Part shown: piece by piece, positions 1 through 6,918 of the stretch | Layout of the letters: each line of letters opens with the position of its first letter | Numbering within the stretch: position 1 is the first letter of the stretch | Virus record (IMG/VR): IMGVR_UViG_3300042261_000652 | Coordinates: 1 to 64,000 of that record | DNA length: 64,000 bases | DNA from: a virus | Direction: 5' to 3' (one strand) | Notes under the pieces: generated by a model | Told to the model about the DNA's origin: nothing | Database searches by the model: none | Seen by the model: the letters and a program-made list of their open reading frames with translations, nothing else | Made by a program: the position numbers and the translations under genes

Positions 1-39
1 CAAACGAAAACAAAAAGACAACCAAGATGGGAACGATGA

Positions 40-1557
40 TTATTTGGAAATATTAGCAACATGTAGGGGTTTAGATACTCCCTTGAAAAATATGTCATAG
101 GTTCGGTGTTCTCTATCTACGACAATTTTTTCAATCATTCCTCTTAGTATCTCCCTAAGTTCAAGTTTCTTGCTTTCATCATTCCACATTTTTTTGAATT
201 CTTCTGTCTTGATTTGAACAATGTATTCATCAATGGGAATGGTTCCTTTTAGTTGAACGGTTTCTTTATCAATATTTTCGAGAAGTTTTTTCTCAATGAC
301 TTCAAAATCCCTTAACTTGTTTACGACCATTGTAGGTGGCGATTGGTTGTCTATGATAATATCTGTGAGTTTTTGGATTTGGATTCTGACTTCTCCAAGT
401 TCTTTTTCATACTTCTCCAAGTTGGAAACGTTGACGGGTTCCGACTTTTCTTTGGCAAGTTTACGAATGGGTTCCTCACACGTTTCCATAACCGATGATA
501 AACTTTTAATGAGTTCAACCTCTTTGATTCCTACTCCATCACACGACCCATCATTCATAGAACCGATACAGCATAGATAGACATAATAATGTTTGTGTCC
601 CCGCTTTCCAGTTCCATGACGAACCAAACTTCGTCCACACTTACTACATTTACATAATCCAGTGAATAGATTGATTTGAGAACCTTGGCGACCAACAAAA
701 GTTTTTCTTCGTTCGGTGCAGGTCTTTTGAACTTTGTAAAATAATTCCTCATCAACAATAGGTTTGAAGATTTTCATTTCGTTCTGTATTCCAGAATATG
801 ATTTAGGAAGATACCCAATGACCGCCTTATTGTGTAATAAGTTATACACGTTGGCAGGATTCCACTTGGCATTTGGATTTTTATTTCGGTTAAATGGTGG
901 AACTTGTTCTTGGTTTAACAAGGCAGTGATAGATGAACAACTCATTCCATTAGCAGAAAGATTAAAAATTCGTTGTATGACTTCTACTCTTTCAGGAATT
1001 TCAATATATTCGTTCTCACCGTTTTTTAACCAAATCGGGGGAAAATTGAGTTTCGTGAATTGTCCAGTTCCGATGGATTTCTTTTTGCCATACCAAGCAC
1101 TGGTGATACGTTCACTTTTCTTAATACTTTCATCATTGGCGATTTTACCTTGAACCAATATGTTTAGGTCTTTGTCATAATTCTTTTCAGTTAACTCGAT
1201 GTTATTACAGATGACGATTGCCTTCTTCTCTTCGGTGAGGATACTAAGTTCCCTTAACAATACTCCCAATCCTCGTCTGGTAATACGGTCAGTATTTTCT
1301 ACCAAAATGTAATCACCTTCTTTGACTATTTTCTTTAACCGACTAAATTCAGACCAAGGTTTAAGGTTCTCTCCCTTATAGGCAGATTTCCCATCATCCT
1401 TGAAAACACCAGCAAAATTAAGATGGCGTCGTTTTATTATATTGTCAGCGTATTGTATTTGTCTCCTTTCGGAGTCACGTCCAGTTTCTCCTTGGTCATC
1501 GGTTGACCATCGGATATAGGCATAGGCGTTCGGTCTTTTTGTTATTGTCTCATTCAT
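40..1557 (-). CDS. Large serine recombinase / integrase (resolvase catalytic domain + recombinase domain + zinc ribbon)
   Basis: N-terminus ...AYAYIRWSTDDQ... (catalytic Ser in the canonical YxRxSxxxQ context). Size ~500 aa. Cys cluster CKCSKCGRSL...C is typical of the zinc-ribbon domain of large serine recombinases. C-terminal coiled-coil-like region. Start moved to MNETITK (rc ATG at 1555-1557) from the longer 40..1668 ORF. Confidence 0.75.
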   Translation of the reverse strand: MNETITKRPNAYAYIRWSTDDQGETGRDSERRQIQYADNIIKRRHLNFAGVFKDDGKSAYKGENLKPWSEFSRLKKIVKEGDYILVENTDRITRRGLGVLLRELSILTEEKKAIVICNNIELTEKNYDKDLNILVQGKIANDESIKKSERITSAWYGKKKSIGTGQFTKLNFPPIWLKNGENEYIEIPERVEVIQRIFNLSANGMSCSSITALLNQEQVPPFNRNKNPNAKWNPANVYNLLHNKAVIGYLPKSYSGIQNEMKIFKPIVDEELFYKVQKTCTERRKTFVGRQGSQINLFTGLCKCSKCGRSLVRHGTGKRGHKHYYVYLCCIGSMNDGSCDGVGIKEVELIKSLSSVMETCEEPIRKLAKEKSEPVNVSNLEKYEKELGEVRIQIQKLTDIIIDNQSPPTMVVNKLRDFEVIEKKLLENIDKETVQLKGTIPIDEYIVQIKTEEFKKMWNDESKKLELREILRGMIEKIVVDREHRTYDIFFKGVSKPLHVANISK

Positions 1558-1815
1558 AAGTTCTTCCTTGACTTTTATTGTTACTGTGGTATAATAACCA
1601 CACAAGTATAAATATAATTGAAAATCCGAAAAACACGTTAAAATATCAAAAAGTGGACGCACAATCAACTCAGAGATACTTACAATTCTATAAATGCGAT
1701 TCTCGCAGATAAAGATTTTCAGAAATTTTTGCGATGGCGATTGAAACAGTCACCGACGGTATTATATAAATCAACCCTTGGCAAATTTAGAAATAAACGA
1801 AAGTATAGTTAATAT

Positions 1816-2187
1816 ATGAAAATGGAAAAATATTTTAAACAAATGGATAGTTTTGTATCCAATCGATTGGGATTGTGGGCGGGATCGCTTGCGACGCAAC
1901 TCGAAGAGATAGATGCTCTTTATGGTAAAAAACTGCCCAAAAATGAAGTTATCAGACTTTTTCGAAGCAGGGGGATTGTCATTTCTAAAGGCCATAGATT
2001 TTGGAGAATTGGCGCACCTGTTCAAGGCGGAGGATGCTACGGGATGGAAGTTGGGGAATATGAACATATATTTAATGAAGGCATCACGATTATGAAGGTT
2101 TTGCTGATTGTTGAGTCCGGACTTTGTGGCTCGGTTTATGAAAAGAGTTTTTCTGAAGGATGGTTAAGAGAAGCATTTACAATATGA
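1816..2187 (+). CDS. hypothetical protein
   Basis: 123-aa ORF; no recognisable motif. Confidence 0.35.
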   Translation: MKMEKYFKQMDSFVSNRLGLWAGSLATQLEEIDALYGKKLPKNEVIRLFRSRGIVISKGHRFWRIGAPVQGGGCYGMEVGEYEHIFNEGITIMKVLLIVESGLCGSVYEKSFSEGWLREAFTI

Positions 2188-2250
2188 CGTTTTTTAGGAC
2201 ATTTCGCAAATAAAGGGAATAATCCATCCGAGTTATATATTTATGTTCAT

Positions 2251-2721
2251 ATGAATGATAAAATTCAAGCCATTTTGTTTAAAATTGTCGTCGAGTTGAA
2301 AAAAATACAGTGGTCGGTAGACCCTGATTGGGAACTCACTTTTAAAAGTGAAAATCACGTTTTATTGACGAAGAGTATTAAAGTAGAGGGAACTATGGGG
2401 TCCGCATCTTGGTTTGATAGTGTGGAGACGACAATCAATTTAACATTGGTGTCGGGCGATGGAATAACATATTTTCCAAGTTATGGAATATATTGTAATA
2501 TTCATATCAGAGGGGGTGGCTATAAAGATATTGCATATAAGGCAGATGGGGATGTCGCATTTACTCAGGAGAATGTTAAAGATAATAGAATAGCTAAAAC
2601 AGCCGCCACTCAAATCGATCATGTGGTAAATAATTATATTGATGGAGAATATACCGCTTATGTGGAACAGAATGCTGCGGCGATACGTTCGCACAGACAG
2701 ATGAAGGATGATTCCGAATAA
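2251..2721 (+). CDS. hypothetical protein
   Basis: 156-aa ORF ending TAA just upstream of a consensus promoter; no recognisable motif. Confidence 0.4.
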   Translation: MNDKIQAILFKIVVELKKIQWSVDPDWELTFKSENHVLLTKSIKVEGTMGSASWFDSVETTINLTLVSGDGITYFPSYGIYCNIHIRGGGYKDIAYKADGDVAFTQENVKDNRIAKTAATQIDHVVNNYIDGEYTAYVEQNAAAIRSHRQMKDDSE

Positions 2722-2737
2722 ATTCCGCACAAGATGC

Positions 2738-2765
2738 TTGACATTTGGAAAAAAAGAAGTATAAT
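2738..2765 (+). promoter_or_regulatory. sigma70-type promoter (TTGACA-16-TATAAT) heading the tRNA array
   Basis: TTGACA at 2738-2743, TATAAT at 2760-2765, 16-nt spacer. Perfect -35/-10 consensus. Same motif family recurs at 4516, 20114, 23771, 25403 and 26071. Confidence 0.6.
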
Positions 2766-2993
2766 GACTTCATAATTGAGACGGCAAAATCAATTATAGG
2801 TGGTGAAATTTAAAAATCATCACTATTTATAGGTATACGCAGCGCCTTCAGCAAGGATCGAACTCTCATAAGGTTTGGTAAATGAGGGCAGCACTCGTCG
2901 CTGCGACATTTGCGCTCTTGGTGTAATGATTAGCATATCATCTTTCCAAGATGTTGGTTCTGGCTCAGCCCAGAAGGGCGCTCCATAATTAAT

Positions 2994-3070
2994 GCGGTGT
3001 TCGCCTAATTGGCTATGGCACCTTCCTTCCAAGTAGGAACAATGCGGGTTCAAGCCCCGCACACCGCACC
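2994..3070 (+). tRNA. tRNA-Gly (anticodon TCC), CCA encoded
   Basis: Acceptor GCGGTGT/CACCGC+ACCA. T-arm GCGGG-TTCAAGC-CCCGC. Anticodon stem CCTTC/GTAGG with loop CTTCCAA. Confidence 0.55.
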
Positions 3071-3076
3071 AAATTT

Positions 3077-3147
3077 GGCGGTATTAGTTTAGTGGCAGAA
3101 CTGGAAATTGCCAATTTTCGGGCGGGGTTTCGATTACCCCATACCGC
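3077..3147 (+). tRNA. tRNA-Gly (anticodon GCC)
   Basis: Acceptor GCGGTAT/ATACCGC. Anticodon stem GGAAA/TTTTC, loop TTGCCAA. T-arm GGGGT-TTCGATT-ACCCC. Confidence 0.55.
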
Positions 3148-3148
3148 A

Positions 3149-3222
3149 CGCCTTGTTAGCTCAATGGTAGAGTGACAGATCGGTAATCTGTCGACCCCGG
3201 ATCGTTACCGGGACAAGGCTCC
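3149..3222 (+). tRNA. tRNA (probable Thr, anticodon GGT; loop TCGGTAA has C33)
   Basis: Acceptor GCCTTGT/ACAAGGC + T + CCA. Anticodon stem ACAGA/TCTGT. T-stem CCCGG/CCGGG with unusual loop ATCGTTA. Confidence 0.4.
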
Positions 3223-3273
3223 AATTTCTTATATCTGGTTATCCTAGATGATCGTTTGTTTTTCTACCATAGT

Positions 3274-3292
3274 TGAAATGTGGTATATTTAT
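3274..3292 (+). promoter_or_regulatory. possible extended -10 promoter (AAATGTGGTATATTTAT)
   Basis: 17-nt motif AAATGTGGTATATTTAT is shared with the promoter upstream of the Hsp20 gene (23782-23798). TGn-TATATT is an extended -10. Confidence 0.3.
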
Positions 3293-3309
3293 CAATGTAA
3301 GATTTTAAA

Positions 3310-3404
3310 TGGTCCTGTAGCTGAAAGACAGCCGGTGCTCTTATAAAGCATTTAATCGCTAGATTGGCGTAAGATTCGGGAGCGTTACCCGACAGGACTA
3401 CCAC
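3310..3404 (+). tRNA. type II (long variable arm) tRNA-like gene, anticodon loop CTTATAA (anticodon UAU as read), CCA encoded
   Basis: Acceptor GGTCCTG/CAGGACT + A + CCA. D-stem GCTG/CAGC. Anticodon stem GTGCT/AGCAT. ~24-nt variable arm. T-stem TCGGG/CCCGA with atypical loop AGCGTTA. Confidence 0.4.
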
Positions 3405-3616
3405 CTGAATGCTGAAGTGATGCAATTGGCAGACATCTTTGACTCAAAATCAGAGTTTTGTGGGTCCGAGAGCGGAAGCCTTACCGTGGTGGAAAAGCAA
3501 TTGATAGAACTTGCAGAAATCATCGAGGTTGTCCATCTTGTGAAAGTAATCGCAGACACTCTGCAAAACAGAGAGAAATGTCTGCGGAAAATAAATTAAA
3601 AGATTTTTTGGTTAAT

Positions 3617-3690
3617 GCCAAATTAGTTCAATGGTAGAACGGGAATTTTGTAAATTTCAGACAAGAGTTCGATCCTCTTATTTGGCTCCA
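3617..3690 (+). tRNA. tRNA-Thr (anticodon TGT), CCA encoded
   Basis: Acceptor GCCAAAT/ATTTGGC. D-arm GTTC-AATGGTA-GAAC. Anticodon stem GGAAT/ATTTC, loop TTTGTAA. T-arm AAGAG-TTCGATC-CTCTT. Confidence 0.7.
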
Positions 3691-3736
3691 TGTAATTTGC
3701 ACTTGACTTTGAAGAAAATTCGAATATCATATCGGT

Positions 3737-3916
3737 ATGAAATCTGAAGATGTAGAGAATCTCATTAGTATGGCATCAATTCAAAAAGGCATAGATGTGG
3801 CGTTTGAAAATGATAGAATGCTAAGTTTTGAACCGAGTCCGAAACCATATACGTTTGATAATGTTCCGATTGTGGATGGGTTTTATTTGGATATGTCCCG
3901 GTGCATTTACAAGTAA
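3737..3916 (+). CDS. small hypothetical protein (59 aa)
   Basis: ATG-initiated ORF MKSEDVENLISMASIQKG... between tRNAs, preceded by TTGACT-16-TATCAT. Below the 60-aa cutoff of the supplied ORF track. Confidence 0.25.
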   Translation: MKSEDVENLISMASIQKGIDVAFENDRMLSFEPSPKPYTFDNVPIVDGFYLDMSRCIYK

Positions 3917-3921
3917 TTCTT

Positions 3922-3993
3922 GCCTCTTTGGTGATAATGGTAGCACGAATCCTTCGTAAGGATACGGTATCAGTTCGATTCTGATAAGAGGCT
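3922..3993 (+). tRNA. tRNA-Thr (anticodon CGT)
   Basis: Acceptor GCCTCTT/AAGAGGC. Anticodon loop TTCGTAA. T-arm ATCAG-TTCGATT-CTGAT. No CCA encoded. Confidence 0.5.
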
Positions 3994-3999
3994 CAGAAA

Positions 4000-4500
4000 T
4001 GTCCTATTGCCTGACAAGTGTGAAGGTCTGTCTGCAAAACAGAAAGGGATGGGGCGGTACTATCGAAAAAGCTCACCTACAGCCGCCCGGCGGCAACGGT
4101 GGAGCGCACAACAAATGAACGAATCACCTGCAACTCTGAGCGGAGAGTCGGGGCGGCTGTTAGGTACAGCGCCCTTGTTAGCCTGCTTCGATTTCAATGA
4201 ACATCCCGGCTGGCGAGCCAACCCGGACAAGACAATCGGGGTGACGTGGGATGGCTGGTGCTCACGCTGCGGATTCCGAATCGAGAACGCCCGCTTCGAT
4301 AGCGGAAAAGGACTCGGCATCACCGGTAATGGTCGGCGGCTGGCATCGTGTGTAAGTCGGCGAACCATAGACGGCGAAATTTTCACCAGTAACACATCAA
4401 AAATCTTCTGCTCGGCCTGCGTGCCAAGCCTACTTGGAAATGCACACGACTAAGCAGGCTAACATAGGACTCAGAATACGAGTTACAGAAGTTAGTAATG
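4000..4500. ncRNA. GC-rich (~58% GC) structured non-coding island inside the tRNA array; candidate large structured RNA (class undetermined)
   Basis: Abrupt GC jump against the ~35% background. Multiple strong local stems (GCCGCCCGGCGGC; GGGCGGCTG...CAGCGCCC; repeated CGCTTCGAT). Only overlapping, compositionally implausible ORFs on both strands (4007..4453 +, 4060..4395 -). Flanked by tRNAs. Confidence 0.35.
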
Positions 4501-4515
4501 CGGAGTAGAAAGCTC

Positions 4516-4543
4516 TTGACATTTGCCACAAATTCAATATAAT
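4516..4543 (+). promoter_or_regulatory. sigma70-type promoter (TTGACA-16-TATAAT)
   Basis: Perfect consensus hexamers. ~200 nt downstream lies an intrinsic terminator, and no convincing ORF lies between them. Confidence 0.55.
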
Positions 4544-4752
4544 GGTTCACGTAAGATAAATTTTGGTTGATGAAAAATTTTGAATGAAAATGCAGTTTGG
4601 TAGATACTTATTGATAGTATGATAGTGCGATCACAACATAAATGGTATAGACTCTCGGGCGATTTGACGCTCAATGCAAAGAGTGTCATTATTAATGATC
4701 GCCCAGAACCAGAAGGCTCTTGATGTAATGTAATCACATACTTACACCCAAG

Positions 4753-4779
4753 AGCCGACCAAAAGGTCGGCTTTTTTGT
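4753..4779 (+). terminator. rho-independent terminator
   Basis: AGCCGACC-AAAA-GGTCGGCT followed by TTTTTTG. Confidence 0.65.
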
Positions 4780-5176
4780 TGTAAAAAATAAGAATTTTGC
4801 AGAATAGGGTAGCGGTGGTTTTATTAAGACCTGTAAGTTTTTCCATAAAAAAACTTCGATGCGTTCAGTAGGGAATAAGCGATGAACTTTGAAGCTACGT
4901 GAGCGGGTGATTAATGATCGTTGGCAAACGAGAAACTCACCCTTTGTGTTGATAGTAGATTTATTATTGACACGAGATTAGAAACATGGTCGGAGTGGGG
5001 ACTTTTGAACCCTACTTATATAAAAATATGTTAAAATATATTTGAGTTTGGTCTGTCTCACCACTCTATATTAAAAATGAAAACTATAACATTAAAGTGT
5101 GCCGAATGTGAAAATGATTTTTTAAAAAATACATATCAATATGCTAAAGATTTAAAGCGGGGACAAAAAACTTCTT

Positions 5177-5431
5177 TTGTTCCCCAAAATGTTTAGGTAT
5201 GTGTTTCAAAAAACTAATGGCACTAATAATTTGTTAAAATACAACGTCGAAAAGCCGTGCTGTTTGAGGTGCAAAAAAGAATTAACATATGATCAATTTA
5301 AAAATAAAAGTAGATATTGTAGTCGCTCGTGTTCGGCCACCGTATTAAATCGTGGCGTGCTAAAAACGGATGAAATTAAAAAGAAGATATCGGCGTCTAA
5401 TAAAAAGGCGGCTATTTTAATGTATACTTAA
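5177..5431 (+). CDS. hypothetical Cys-rich (zinc-ribbon-like) protein, possibly the frameshifted continuation of ORF 5077..5196
   Basis: The upstream 39-aa ORF MKTITLKCAEC... carries a CxxC pair and runs into this ORF (CCLRCKK...CSRSC) in the +1 frame across a GGACAAAAAAC tract. Confidence 0.25.
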   Translation: MFPKMFRYVFQKTNGTNNLLKYNVEKPCCLRCKKELTYDQFKNKSRYCSRSCSATVLNRGVLKTDEIKKKISASNKKAAILMYT

Positions 5432-5438
5432 TTTATAT

Positions 5439-5514
5439 ACTTCGGTAATTCAATTGGTAGAATACGATCCTTTTAAGATCGGAGTTGTGGATTCGAGTTC
5501 CACCCGGAGTACCA
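5439..5514 (+). tRNA. tRNA-Lys (anticodon TTT), CCA encoded
   Basis: Acceptor ACTTCGG/CCGGAGT + A + CCA. D-arm ATTC-AATTGGTA-GAAT. Anticodon stem CGATC/GATCG, loop CTTTTAA. T-arm GTGGA-TTCGAGT-TCCAC. Confidence 0.7.
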
Positions 5515-5522
5515 ATTTTAAA

Positions 5523-5609
5523 TCCCGCATTATGCTACTAAGGACGTAGCGCCGACTGTAAATCGGACACATTTATGTTGAGTAGGATCAATACCTACAT
5601 GCGGGACCA
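5523..5609 (+). tRNA. tRNA-Tyr (anticodon GTA), type II, CCA encoded
   Basis: Anticodon loop CTGTAAA on stem CCGA/TCGG. Stem-loop variable arm. T-stem GTAGG/CCTAC. Acceptor TCCCGCA/TGCGGGA + CCA. Confidence 0.45.
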
Positions 5610-5745
5610 ATTTACCCTGAAGGAGATATGTAGTGAATGTCGGCAGACATAATTCCGAAAACATATTGGGAAATTCGGGCGATAATATAGCTATAAAATC
5701 TTACGCAAAAAGATGGCATACTATATTGTCGTATTTATTTGTAAT

Positions 5746-5820
5746 AGGAGTCTGATGTAATTGGAAGCATAAAAATCTCCAAAATTTTTTGTGCCGATTC
5801 GACTTCGGCGGCTCCTGCCA
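5746..5820 (+). tRNA. tRNA-Trp (anticodon CCA), CCA encoded
   Basis: Acceptor AGGAGTC/GGCTCCT + G + CCA. Anticodon stem AAAAT/ATTTT, loop CTCCAAA. T-arm GCCGA-TTCGACT-TCGGC. Confidence 0.65.
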
Positions 5821-5821
5821 T

Positions 5822-5951
5822 TTTATTTAGAAACGAAACTTGTTAGCTGATAACATCGATTGTGTGGTATGTCCGATCTAACTGCCGTAATACGTCGGTC
5901 TAGGACAAGTCGCCTTAGAGAAGCGACGGTAATGTCGGCATTCTAAATAAA
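5822..5951. other. ~130-nt structured element closed by an 11-bp perfect inverted repeat (TTTATTTAGAA ... TTCTAAATAAA)
   Basis: Internal hairpins (GTCGC-CTTAGAGAA-GCGAC; TGCCG...CGGCA). Lies between tRNA-Trp and tRNA-Glu. No ORF. Confidence 0.3.
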
Positions 5952-5959
5952 ATTTATAT

Positions 5960-6033
5960 GTTTATATAGATTAGTGGTAGATCCTCTGTCTTTCCAACAG
6001 ATGGCCCGAGTTCGATTCTCGGTATAAACACCA
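5960..6033 (+). tRNA. tRNA-Glu (anticodon TTC), CCA encoded
   Basis: Acceptor GTTTATA/TATAAAC + A + CCA. Anticodon stem TCTGT/ACAGA, loop CTTTCCA. T-arm CCCGA-GTTCGATT-CTCGG. Confidence 0.6.
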
Positions 6034-6082
6034 ACAAATTCATAATATTGAAAAATCAAAGTGAAATCGTCGGTTCGCTTAT

Positions 6083-6325
6083 ATGCATACTATGAAGCGA
6101 ATTGCAAAGACATCTCTTACTAACGTGGATGAAATTGACTATTCCAAGCCCATAAATTATTATCAGAAATTGATGAGAATTAGAATGAACAGCGCCATCC
6201 CCACCGCTTCGCAAGTATTTTGCGAGGAAAATATAAATAAGTTCGAAATTATTTATATGATTACGAAGAGTACCGCCAACTTATGCGTGATCCGTATCGG
6301 TCGTAAACCGAGAGCGGAAGAGTGA
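6083..6325 (+). CDS. hypothetical small protein
   Basis: 80-aa ORF between tRNA genes; no motif. Confidence 0.25.
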   Translation: MHTMKRIAKTSLTNVDEIDYSKPINYYQKLMRIRMNSAIPTASQVFCEENINKFEIIYMITKSTANLCVIRIGRKPRAEE

Positions 6326-6487
6326 CAAGCATGGAGAGACAGCACCAATCTGTTTGCGTATAGCACCGAAAAACGATACGTTGTGTAAACGCATTTCAAC
6401 CGCCGTGTTGTCGATAATTTAAAATCTAAAATAAACCCACTTTAGGGTTCAATGCCAAGGAGAAGTCTGGCTCGGCGATATTTTTAT

Positions 6488-6569
6488 GGTATCTGTAGCA
6501 TAATTGGTAATGCCCCGGATTGTGAGTCCGGCAAAAATAATGCGGATTCGAATTCCGTCAGATACCCCA
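6488..6569 (+). tRNA. tRNA-His (anticodon GTG) with encoded G-1, CCA encoded
   Basis: Extra 5' G before acceptor GTATCTG/CAGATAC + C + CCA. D-arm GCAT-AATTGGTAA-TGC. Anticodon stem CCGGA/TCCGG, loop TTGTGAG. Confidence 0.65.
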
Positions 6570-6613
6570 ATTAATTTAATTCTATTTGATAAAAAATCTA
6601 ATAATATAATAAT

Positions 6614-6717
6614 TTAATTGGTGCTTACTTTAATTGGTAATGAGGCGACACTGTTAATGTCGTGTATCCGGCCACCACACCGTATGGAAGTTCGAGTCCT
6701 TCCCTGTCAGCCAATTT
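6614..6717 (+). tRNA. atypical tRNA-like element carrying an Asn-type anticodon arm (CGACA-CTGTTAA-TGTCG) and an oversized 3' half
   Basis: D-loop-like TTTAATTGGTAA, canonical GTT anticodon arm and T-arm GGAAG-TTCGAGTC-CTTCC are present. ~25 extra nt lie between the anticodon and T arms and acceptor pairing is imperfect. A canonical tRNA-Asn(GTT) exists at 7141. Confidence 0.25.
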
Positions 6718-6721
6718 TAAT

Positions 6722-6809
6722 GGGCATATAATAGCACTGTCTTCTAAACAGTAATGCGTATAATTGGATTAATGAGAGTTCGAGTCTCTCTATGCCTGCC
6801 AAATTTAAT
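6722..6809 (+). tRNA. atypical tRNA-like element (acceptor GGGCATA/TATGCCT + G + CCA; anticodon-type hairpin ACTGT-CTTCTAA-ACAGT, i.e. TCT; D-loop-like AATTGGAT lies between the anticodon hairpin and the T-arm)
   Basis: Perfect acceptor stem, T-arm GAGAG-TTCGAGT-CTCTC and encoded CCA. Arm order appears to be acceptor/anticodon-like/D-like/T. Near-identical architecture recurs at 18213..18290. Confidence 0.3.
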
Positions 6810-6837
6810 ATCAATCCATCGGTATTAATGGGTCTAT

Positions 6838-6912
6838 AAGTCAAGCGGTAGACTGCAACTCTCTTAAAGTTGCGATTTCGGTTCGAATCCGAATGGACCC
6901 ACCATTTAATTC
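6838..6912 (+). tRNA. tRNA-Lys (anticodon CTT), CCA encoded
   Basis: Acceptor GGGTCTA/TGGACCC + A + CCA. D-arm AGTC-AAGCGGTA-GACT. Anticodon stem CAACT/AGTTG, loop CTCTTAA. T-arm TTCGG-TTCGAAT-CCGAA. Confidence 0.7.
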
Positions 6913-6918
6913 CCCATT

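Noticed and set aside
2823-2900. Possible minus-strand tRNA suggested by GGATCGAACTC (reverse complement of a T-loop) downstream of the 2738 promoter
   Set aside because: I could not build a cloverleaf with a paired T-stem and anticodon arm. It is more likely a leader hairpin (CCTTCAGCAAGG) of the tRNA operon.
2823-3062. ORF 2823..3062 (-) and other ORFs overlapping tRNA genes (8976..9194 -, 18189..18413 -, 18244..18474 +, 19760..20050 -, 19986..20171 -, 25983..26306 -, 10448..10636 +)
   Set aside because: Each is covered by one or more well-formed tRNA genes or the tnpB remnant on the other strand. These are chance ORFs in structured RNA regions.
3310-3404. The type II tRNA as a TAA-suppressor (anticodon UUA) explaining the in-frame TAA in the HTH gene
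   Set aside because: With the only well-paired 5-bp anticodon stem, positions 34-36 read UAU, not UUA. TAA also terminates most long genes here, so global reassignment is excluded.
4007-4453. ORFs 4007..4453 (+) and 4060..4395 (-) in the GC-rich island
   Set aside because: They overlap on opposite strands and have Arg/Gly/Ala-rich low-complexity translations with no motifs. Their composition differs sharply from all convincing genes. This is more consistent with structured RNA.
4000-4500. RNase P RNA or tmRNA identity for the GC-rich island
   Set aside because: I could not find the universally conserved GGAAAGTCCGG (P4) sequence or a tmRNA tag reading frame / TpsiC-acceptor end. Left as unclassified structured RNA.
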